From Takakia lepidozioides (lineage: Eukaryota > Plantae > Bryophyta): DNA of 64,000 bases. Each line of letters begins with the position of its first letter. The first letter of the stretch is position 1. The translations under genes were made by a program, and so were the position numbers. Shown piece after piece: positions 54,250 through 64,000 of the stretch. The notes below the pieces were generated by a model, which did not search any database, had not been told where the DNA came from, and worked only from the letters and a program-made list of their open reading frames with translations. The DNA lies in assembly GCA_030704615.1 (NCBI GenBank), contig CM060733.1:70990001-71054000 (forward strand), read 5' to 3'.

Positions 54250-55882
54250 GTCCAGTGCAACCCCTGCAGCAAATGGAAGAACAACAGCATGCCCACCATT
54301 ACAAAGCATACTCCCCCAAACCACCCGCTCAAAACAGAATGGTGGCTACCTCACACGAACCCAAAAGCGGGAATGGACTTCCCATCTCAACACATACCAT
54401 ACCATACGTCGTGCCCTCACCATTATCCCCAACTTGCCCACCACCAACCAATTCAACAACTGGGTGAGTGACTGCCGTATATCATGCTTAAACTCCATCC
54501 CTACCTGTCAACCACTTCTACCCCCACCTGCTGACCGCACCCTAGGCACACAACTACAAGAAGCACTCAATGACCCCGGCCGACTAGGACTAATCTATAG
54601 GGGACTCCTTCAATTCCCAGCTACTAAGTATAATGGCTTTTACTCCCTGCCAACCCTTCATCCCCAATCCTGCCGCCATTCTCCCACCGCTAGAACTCTA
54701 TACATCTTACGCCAAATGAACATTAGCATACAAACCGATCTCCCTGGCTATCCTAACACCATCTCACCCCTTGAAATCGCCTGGCTTGACAGTCCATCTC
54801 TCCCTGAATTTGAGGAACTTCACCCCCGCCAAAAAACGCCCATACTTGCTTACTTTAAAATCAGACACATCACAACACTTACCCAACTCACCACAGCCTC
54901 TGGCTATAGACTATTCTCACCCCAAGAGTTCACTCTCAAATACTCCAGAGCCACCGTCAAAACATGTCGATACCTGTCCCTGCTTCGAACCCTTTTCTGC
55001 CACATGACTCCCTCGTGTTCTCTTGAGTGCGACCTACCATGCAAACTCTTTCCCCATAACAAACTAGACCTTCTTCCTCAATATAGAACATACCCAGCCC
55101 CATCTATTCTCAGTATGATGGCAGCACATAAAGCTCACCCTGACCCTTCAAGTTCTAACACCCCTCCCATGTCGCCTTGCCACTCTATGTCCCCCTCCCA
55201 AATGATCAGTTCAAACTTGACCATCCCTTCTGGCTCAACCACCCCCCACACCCCTATCCAAACCTCCTCTACCCCGCTTACCTCGACCAGCCCGCCCTCG
55301 CCCTCAACCCCGAGATATATTAACCCAAACAATCCGGAAGCCTTCATTATCGAAGCTATTCTAGGGATCAGAACTCAGACCACCACCGACGAATTTGGCG
55401 CCACATGCCTAGACACTTTCTACTTATGCAAATGGGCTGGGTACCCATCGAGAAATAACAACTGGCAAGCAGAGGACGACCTATTTGGGTCCCATGAGGA
55501 ATGTGACCTGGCCCACAACCTTGACCTCCTCACTGCATTTCATAAGTCCACTAATACCAACTACCTGGCCCATACCCACCAACAACACACTTCCCAAACC
55601 CAATCGATGGACGCCCGGTACGTCCATAACCCCCTAGTTGCCCCCGAGGTACATGTCTACATCACAAAATGCAATCTTGACAAAGACATCCTACACACCT
55701 CCCCTATAATACGCTCCAGCAAGCGTCTGTCCAAGTTATATGCCTCACATGGCGGCTTCATTGGTCTCATTCCTAATGACAGACTCACCTGGCTATGGCA
55801 CAGATTCTCAAATTCAAACCCGCCACCTAGCCAGCTCACGCCCACTAAACAAGACTTCGCTACTGAAGTTTGCTGGCTCGTG
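54250..55882 (+). pseudogene. Non-LTR retrotransposon ORF fragment (Dualen/RandI-like by recollection) with a chromodomain
   Basis: Open frame of over 500 codons, C/A-rich; LGTQLQEALNDPGRLG; FIIEAIL..YLCKWAGY..NNWQAEDDL (55343-55483); DKDI..GLIPNDRLTWLW; cut by an LTR at 55883. Confidence 0.55.
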
Positions 55883-56133
55883 TGTCGTGCGCATACATAT
55901 CGCTACACAACTACATCGCTATCCAAAACCACACAACATATGTGCATACCAAACACTAGTCTATAACTAGTCCACCACTAGTGCACCACTAGGCTGCCAC
56001 TAGACAACCACTAGTCACCACTAGTGCAGCCACTAGTCCACCACTAGGCTACCACTAGCCACCACTAGTGCAGCCACTAGTCCACCACTAGGCTGCCACT
56101 AGCCACCACTAGTGCAACCACTAGTCCACCACA
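55883..56133 (-). repeat. LTR A, copy 2
   Basis: TGTCGTGCGC...CCACCACA, matching 56454-56758; internal CCACTAG repeats. Confidence 0.8.
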
Positions 56134-56451
56134 ATGATAAGGAAAGGAATGATACAAGCACACAAGCTCTCTCAAACTCACATGCTTGCACATGAAAACA
56201 TCACTCATATATTAAGTCGAGCCAAGTGCACCCCATGCCATGGGGAATCCACACTACGGCGCCATAGCTAGATGCGGTGAGGCTCAACTCGAGAAAGATG
56301 AGCCTACCGCGATCTGCCGTGAAGATAACAACGTCAGGTGCCCAAATATGTATTGGCCCCTGGATTGACACTTGGGTCAATCCCAAATGTCAATATATAA
56401 AAGCTAGCTATTTCCTAACTAACTTTACACTAGTGGTAAAATAACTTGACA
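56134..56451 (-). repeat. Partial repeat X
   Basis: Near-identical reverse complement of 23703-24020. Confidence 0.85.
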
Positions 56452-56453
56452 GC

Positions 56454-56758
56454 TGTCGTGCGCATACATATTGCTACACAACTACATCGCTGTCCAAAAC
56501 CACACAACATATGTGCACACCAAACACTAGTCTATCACTAGTGCACCACTAGTGCACCACTAGGCTGCCACTAGACAACCATTAGTCACCACTAGTGCAA
56601 CCAATAGTCACCACTAGGCTGCCACTAGCCACCACTAGTGCAGCCACTAGTCCACCACTAGGCTGCCACTAGCCATCACTAGTGCAGCCACTAGTCCAAC
56701 CACTAGGCTGCCACTAGCCACCACTAGTTCATCAATAGGCTGCCACTAGTCCACCACA
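56454..56758 (-). repeat. LTR A, copy 1 (3' LTR of the PHD-bearing Gypsy end)
   Basis: TG...CA ends; purine tract AGGGGGG (within 56761-56770) just upstream on minus. Confidence 0.8.
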
Positions 56759-57027
56759 ATTGCCCCCCTAGCTGGCGCTTAGGTCCCTCTAAGTCCAGGT
56801 AGCCTCAAGATGTGATAGTGGCCATAGCCTCACAAAGTCCTCCACCACTATCCCTACTACACTCAAACTCGATAGATCAAGAGGCCGGGTACAAGAGTTG
56901 CCCCATCGTTAGTCGTCGTCTTGCAACCTGTGAACTTGAGCCTGCGATCTTGGGTATTGACTCCTATGAGCTTGGCCTCCTATGTCTTGTGAGCTGCCAC
57001 TAGTCATATCCACTGCCACTATCCCAA

Positions 57028-57312
57028 GCAGTGTGGACATAACCAATCTCCATCATGAACCCTCTAGAGGTGGTGTCAAGCATCCCATGTGCCAACCTCT
57101 TGAGCATCGATCACATACCAGCATAGTGGCCCACATAGCATGCAACGCAATCCTGCAGGTACCACTGCAAGGTTGGGATCTATCCTCCCATCCACATATG
57201 GAAGGTGACATGGCGCACAATTATGCACATGGTCCTTCCATACCATGCCATCTCGACCCTCCAGAATTAACACTCCTGAAGGCAACACTTCCCTGACCCT
57301 TAGAATCACACG
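57028..57312 (-). pseudogene. Gypsy integrase C-terminus with PHD finger
   Basis: RVILRVREVLPSGVLILEG..NCAPCHLP, then CMLC..(fs)MLVCDRCSRGWHMGCLTPPL..(fs)DWLCPHC, a C4HC3 pattern. Confidence 0.85.
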
Positions 57313-57397
57313 TCATTTATGTAGGCATGGTGCCTCCTGAAATTCCTCATAACATCATGACTAAGCTTGCTGTTTGTGTTCTTTTGAGTGAGGCAGA

Positions 57398-59114
57398 TGA
57401 ATTGGCCATTGCCAACTTGAATGCACCTGCAAGGCAGAGGCAAAATGGTAGAAGGCGGAGGCAAGCTCCACATGGGAGGTACCAAGCCAGTTGTGCTATG
57501 GTGTAGAGTTGGTTTCTGCTATTGCATGTACTTTTCCAGGGTTTAGACTTGATACAGCATGGTACGTTCCATGGGTGGGAGTGACTGAGCTGTTGGGGTG
57601 GGCAGAATTCTGACAAACACACTTTCATTTGTGACAGTGAACCCTAAACAGTCATGAAGCTATGGCATGAATACTTTTCTGACCCTAATCAATGGTGGCC
57701 CAATTGTGGGAAAAAGGTGAATGCATGTTGGATTATAGAGAGTAGCAGATGCAATTGAGCATAGGAACTAGTGTGAGAAGTTGAGTTGGGTGTTTCCTTG
57801 AACAAATGTAGGCTGTTATTGTCAGTTGCTACCAGCAAGACAAAGATGTATGCATGATTTGTGAGAGGCATGGATAGCTGAAGGAGCAGGGATAGAGTGT
57901 GGGTCCAGATTCATCCAAGAGGGCCACATTTCAAGCACAACATTGCCTATGATTCCTTGTGGAAGGATTGGTACAAGAAACCTGCATGGGTAGATGGTCA
58001 ACTGGAAGCCGCAGCAGCAACGGCACAATTGGTAAAATCAGGCGATGAGGGCACCTTCTTCAACACATTTCAGCCTGTTTTTCCCCCTTATCACAATCGG
58101 CCCTAAATTTCCATGTTGAATTATGCAAGTTAGCTGGTTGACTGAATCTTTGATAGATTGGAGTGACTTTGACATGATACTGCCAATGTGACAACAGGAA
58201 AGTATCCAGAAACAGGTACAAGAGATGAGGAGAAGGTGTGGAATGAATACTTTTCTGATTTGGACAAGTTTAGGGAGTGTTCAACACCATGGCTGAACAA
58301 GATGTGGTGTCGTGGAGCGCGATGCTTGCAGGATGTGCACAGCAGTGAAGTGGGATGGAGCCTTTGAATTGCTGAATTGGCCATTGCCAACTTGAATGCA
58401 CCTGCAAGGCAGAGGCGAAATGGTAGAAGGCGGAGGCAAGCTCCACATGGGAGATACCAAGCCAGTTGTGCTATGGTGTAGAGTTGGTTTCTGCTATTGC
58501 ATGTACTTTTCTACGGTTTATACTTGATACAACATGGTACCTTACATGGGTGGGAGTGACTGAGCTGTTGGGGTGGGCAGAATTTTGACAAACACACTTT
58601 CATTTGTGACAGTGAACCCTAAACAGTCATGAAGCTGTGGCATGAATACTTTTCTGACCCTAATCAATGGTGACCCAATTGTGGCAAAAAGGTGAATGTC
58701 TGTTGGATTACAGAGAGTAGCAGATGCAATTGAGCATAGGAACTAGTGTGAGAAGTTGAGTTGGGTGTTTCCTAGAACAAATGTAGGCTGTTATTGTCAG
58801 CTGCTACCAGCAAGGCAAGGATGTATGCATGATTTGTGAAGAGGCATGGATAGCTGAAGGAGCAGGGATAGAGTGTGGGTCCAGATTCATCGGTGAGGGC
58901 CACATTTCAAGCACAACATTGCCTATGATTCCTTGTGGGAGAATAGCTACAAGAAACCTGCATGGGTAGATGGTCAACTGGAAGCCGCAGCAGTAGCGAC
59001 ACAATTGGTAAAATCAGGCAATGAGGGCACCTTCTTCAACACATTTCACCCTGTTTTTCCCTCTTATTAGAATCGGCCCTAAATTTCCATGTTGAATTCT
59101 GCAAGTTAGCTGGT
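57398..59114 (+). repeat. Tandem duplication (period 975 bp) containing the OSB/PDF exon
   Basis: 57398-58138 matches 58373-59114; exons begin at 57909 and 58885; inverted relative to 25010-26040. Confidence 0.85.
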
Positions 59115-59470
59115 GGTGGACACATGTATAGCAAATGTGGGAGCACTGAGGATGCGTGTTCAACACTATGGCTGAACGAGGTTGTGCGTTTGCAGTGCGT
59201 GTGCAAGTCTGACAGCTTTGGATGCATCACCAAAGTTGGAATTGTAACAGATGCGATCCAAATGTGGGGAGCATCAAGGGTATGCCAAATGCCTTGTATG
59301 CCAAATGTGGGAGCATCAAGGGCAAACCTGGCAGCTCTGGAAAATGGGAAGAGGTCCATGGCTTCATTGTCAAAGCTGGAATTCTACCTGATGTGATTCT
59401 GAACAATGCCCTCGTGGACATGTATGCCAAATGTGGGAGCATCAAGGATGCGAAGGCAGTTTTCCAACAC
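59115..59470 (+). pseudogene. PLS-class PPR gene fragments
   Basis: EEVHGFIVKAGILPDVILNNALVDMYAKCGSIKDAKAVF plus several degenerate KCGS repeats. Confidence 0.8.
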
Positions 59471-60279
59471 TATGGCTCTTGGAGTGATTTTGACATGTAC
59501 CAGCGAAGGGGAGAAAGTGGGGCCCTCAGTAGACGAGTTGAAAAGCACTAGCTAAAAAGCACTGGCGCTTGATAGGGTGGGGCAAAATTCAGGCTGGGGT
59601 GATCATTGATATCCCGGACGCAATGTAAAAAAGACGGTTGTGAGTGAAGGACACCCGTAGCAAAAAAACCCTGCTGTCTCAAAAAAGGAGGCAGTCACAA
59701 AGAGCAAGGCACTTTGTCCAAGCTTCTCGAATCTAGCAACAATGTGGACAGGGATTGAGTCATTGGGAACAATTTATGTAAGGTGGCGAAGAAAACCTTG
59801 TCTGAGGATCACTGGATATTTCTCTAGTACGGTTGGACTAGTAGAGATTGAAATCCGTGCTCAGCTCAGCTTCAGACTGTCTCATTGTGAAGGGTCACGG
59901 TTGACTGGACAGAAATGGGATTGACATTGCCGGGCTCCCAAATCTCTGAGACGACATGTGGTAGTTTTATCTATAGCTTCTCAAAGCAATTGTTTTACAT
60001 TGTTCATTATAGTGTGACATTCTCATAACGATATTGTCGTCAGCTGCATGAGCAGTGCATCTTTTTGGATTGTGGGTCCCCATAACCCTAATAACCTTTT
60101 TGAACTTTTTAAATTCTCTAAACAAAAGTCTATGTGTTATGTCGTCCAGGGCATGTTGAATAGAGGTGGAAGTCATTTTATCCATCCATCTTCCACCTGG
60201 ATGGTCAATGGGCCAAGTCATATCCACCTTGATGGTCAATGTGCCACGCCATATAGTTGCCCCAAATTCCTGTAGGACA

Positions 60280-60527
60280 TCTGACACTCACCTCACACTC
60301 CATGACTCATTTGACACTCATGTCAAATGCCCCATATGAATTATCTTGGTCAACATCTGTTGACCGTATGGGTGTCATTCGAGTGTGAAATTTGTAACAC
60401 CATGTGGCTTTTCCTACAATGATCCAAATCACACCTTGCCTCGTCTCACATGGGTGTAAGAAGAGCCGTTCAAAGTGCCAGGTGTGAACTATGGGTGGTG
60501 TTGGAAAAACCGGTTTTTGTAGTAGTG
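60280..60527. mobile_element. CACTA right terminus with subterminal repeats
   Basis: Ends TTTTTGTAGTAGTG at 60527; TGACAC/TGTGA motifs upstream. Confidence 0.6.
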
Positions 60528-63500
60528 GTGGTTCTGTGCTTGGCCAGACATATGTCTATGGACCAGTGCATTGTAGTGTACTGTTTCAAGTTTGGTTCCA
60601 TATGACCATGTTAGGATTTTTCCCCACAACAGGCTCACAATTCCGGACATGATGTCGTATATGTTGTCTATGGCGTGTTTGCACCCTGCAATTTTTTGGT
60701 CATTATCTCAGTTATTCACATGAAATAACATGTGACTCAATTGTAGAGTCATGCATCGGCAAATGGCTCAAGGCGGATGCTGCCCATTATCATGTGATGC
60801 TGCTGCCCTGCAAGTGTTGCAGGTCTTGCACCACACTGTAATTCACGCCTGACATCATAGCGGCTGTTATAGATTGGGGCAGGTCACTGGGGATATGCTC
60901 ATGAGACAAAACAATGCAAGGTGTTATCCCCGTTGTTTTGCCATACAAGAAGAGAGGAGAGAGAGGTGGACGCGTTGCCGAAGCAAGCGTAACTTATGGT
61001 GTCACTTGACCCAGAAGGGCTACTGCCTTCCGGTAGGAAGGTGGACACCTTTGTAACAACCAACAGGGTGGTTTGAACCCACAACCACTCGTAAGAGGGT
61101 ATATGCCCTTACCACAATACAAGAAGATTAATTAATGGGCTGTCCCCCACTTAGACCAGCCCCCCATGGCAATGGCTTCGCATGTAATTGATTATTTGAA
61201 TACCAGACATCTATTAACTCTGTTGGATACCACAAATGCTCCAAAAGCTTAGAGCCTAATTTTTTTTTATCTCCAAATCCCAGACCCCATGTATGTCATA
61301 CAGGATTGACAAGAACAAAATGTAGCCTATGAGTCTCACTTTCGCAGTTTGCATTGACGCCGGACTGAGTACCTTCCCATTTGCTCACTTTCTGCGCATT
61401 TATGAAATCTGATGGTGCAATTCGTAGACCCTTGAATTTGCAGTTCATTCGTAGTTCCACTCTCTGTGCTTGCAACGTCCCGTTCCGTTGCCTGCATCTG
61501 AGGATGGCGGGAGTTTGGGGCATATATTTGCCCTTCCCTCCAATTCTCATACTCCAAACACACCGTGCGCTCCTCTATGCTTGTCTCTTCGCTTGCAGCG
61601 CTTTTTCCTGGCAATTCCATTGCTATGCATTCTAAGGGCGTGCTCATGCGCTGTCGACGTCAAACACTTCACACTGCTTCATGGCATCCGCATGGCTGAA
61701 ATTCAATGGAAGCACAAAATTTGGTTGAGGGAATAGGAAGCAGAAGCATTGCGCATCAGCAAGAGAGCGGAAGACGCTTGTGTAGTCGTGCTTCGTTGGC
61801 TGGGAGAGAGCGGGATCCATAGGAGGGAGGCAGTCCCTCACTTTTTCTATCTTTCCGCTTGCAGCAAGAGACTCGATGCGTGTGGGAAAAAGTACCCGCA
61901 TCTCTACGGTTATGTTGCTTGGTACCACCTCCTCAAGCTCCCATGTCCTATTGGTTTCAACCTAGTGATAATCGTGCATGTCACATTCACGTCGATTTAG
62001 TGTCTGTACTTGTCTGTGCAACCTCATTTGAATGCCATTAGTTGATTCGTAACCAATATTTCTCTTTTCAGCTGGGCCATGTTTTGGCGTGCGATTGGGT
62101 GGATCTGAAGAAAAGTATTCCTTGGCTTGTATTCCACTATGTGACCGCGTCGAGCACTGCAATTTTTGTCGGGACCCATCGTTGCACGGTGGCAATCATG
62201 TCAGACGGTGAGGGGTGAATAGTTGTAGGATCTATTTGGGCGATCTGTTTCCTACTCGATGGCGTGATTTATTACGATTGCGGTCCACTGAATTTCATCA
62301 TCTCCTCGGTGCCCTTCACTGGCAGATGGATTTGTTCTGTAATCTTCTGAAATCATAAGTGAATTGAATGTTTTGCATGATTGTGCCTATCCACTGAATG
62401 CATGCTGTGATCGTCTGTCGCTTCGCAGTATGAGCCTTGGTTTCGATGGTGACCGCAATGCCCAAACACTGTAATGCATGGCCACCATTTACACATATCC
62501 TCACATACAGAGTGCAGTGCACAATCGCCTCTCTAGCACGTTCGCCGTGTTCAATAGTTCTCCACACAACCCAAACGCCTTAGTAATATGGTTTGTATGC
62601 AGCCGTTACATTCACTTCCATCCCCTGCACCACAATTTCGCAAACTTTAACCAATAATATGTACACACGTCATCAGTTGTTCCCTGTCACGGACTCACCC
62701 TCTCGTTCATCCATGTGATGATCTGGCAGAATGCATTACAGTGAGAGTCATGAAGTCATATGTCTGTCTATCAATATGCACACGTCATTCCATTGTAGCC
62801 ATGACCGTGACTGGCAGTCATATCTGCCATGCCAATATTCATGGTCAAACATGTTTGACATGTGTTGAGCAAAGTCCGGAGTCATGCAGTCGCGTATACG
62901 CCTTCCCCATACCAGCTTTACGACTTGAACGACATTTACAACTGCAAACGACATTTCTGCCACTTTCCATTTTATTTTTCCCCCCCATGTGTAAGCCTCT
63001 TCATGCATGTTTTCTTGTATATGAAGAACTAATAAACGAGGATGGATGCCTAGGAGTTTTGGGAGATCCTCATTGCCGAGGAGACTGATGGCGAGAAGAA
63101 GCCGAAGTTTGCTCGGGGTCGTGAGGCAGCCACCCTCCGCCTAGAGAAGGGGGATTCCACGCACAAATTTGGCCCGGGAGGAGCCAAATCGTTTGCCACC
63201 CGCTTTGTAAGATCTTTATTCCCTATCGATTTTGTTTATTTGTTTTTTCTTCAAGTATGTCTTCGCTAATCTTCTCTATCTCTTTCTAATGCGAAATTTT
63301 TATTTGTTTATACTCTTGTGTAGACAAAAAGGTTTGGGAGACAACCCTCCGTTGAGGAGGTGGAGTATACCAAGATCCATGGGTATGCAGGCCTCATTAC
63401 ACGAATGAAGGCATGTAAGATGCTCAAGAACAGGAGGAGGAAGAAGAGGTTGTCCTCTAAGGTTCAGCCATGTACTGAGGGTGACGACGGGGAGAACCAC

Positions 63501-63789
63501 GATGATGAGAGTGAGGGTAGTGAGAGTGATGATAGTCATGTGAGTGAGACTGACACCGACTGTGATGGTGATGATGACGGTGTTGACGACAATGATGCAG
63601 CTCGTGAGGGATCTAGCCCTGGGAGTTTGGAGGGTCAGGGTGAGTAGTAGGGATGATGTACACCATTTGAGGTCGATTTTCATGTATATATATATATCCA
63701 CATGCGCATGATGTGGGGCTCTTGACAATCCCCAAATTCCCTAAACCTAAACCTAGCCCTAAACTCACAATCCTAATCCAGGCCTCAAA

Positions 63790-64000
63790 CCTTGGTGCTT
63801 GGGCATCGCAGATGGGGGCTGCCCTAAAATTCTATTTGAAAAAAAGCATCGTAGGTTTAATGCGACGCCCAGAGCATCGCAGATGGGGGCCACTACAATA
63901 TTATTTTTTAAAAACAAACCATCGCAAGTTTACTGCGATGCAAAGGGCGTCGTAGATGGGGCCCACCCTAAAATTCAGTTTGAAAAAAAACCGTCGCAGA
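63790..64000. repeat. Subterminal-type repeats, probably of a CACTA end beyond the window
   Basis: Repeated CATCGCAGATGGGG and CCTAAAATTC..TTTGAAAAAAA. Confidence 0.5.

Noticed and set aside
8563-60527. CACTA ends at 8563 and 60527 as one giant element
   Set aside because: They match for only 9 bp, the flanking 3-mers differ (AAC vs GTG), and the interrupted LTR does not resume after 60527.
52811-60594. ~65-bp inverted repeat (52811-52876 vs 60528-60594) as TIRs
   Set aside because: No TSD; both copies abut other elements, and they become direct repeats if the inferred inversion is undone.

Overview
Eukaryotic, repeat-dense window with no intact host gene. PLS-type PPR and OSB/PDF fragments, GT-AG introns and the element families point to a land plant, probably non-seed (inference). 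It is a nested, rearranged pile of decayed transposons: two copies of one chromodomain Ty3/Gypsy family (1379-8562 minus; 46552-52805 plus), at least three CACTA/En-Spm transposase remnants, a Mutator-like element with palindromic arrays, a hAT-type MITE and two non-LTR fragments. The main find is a Ty3/Gypsy element (29854-36727) with a full set of C5 cytosine DNA methyltransferase motifs in frame downstream of the protease and upstream of RT. Its likely integrase tail (57312-57028, minus) carries a PHD finger. Other elements carry a SET domain, a HAD/NIF phosphatase and a LINE-borne chromodomain. Broken elements and displaced target-site duplications allow two inversions to be reconstructed (about 13835-19607 and about 36728-57312). 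Domain calls come from motif recognition by eye; no searches were run.
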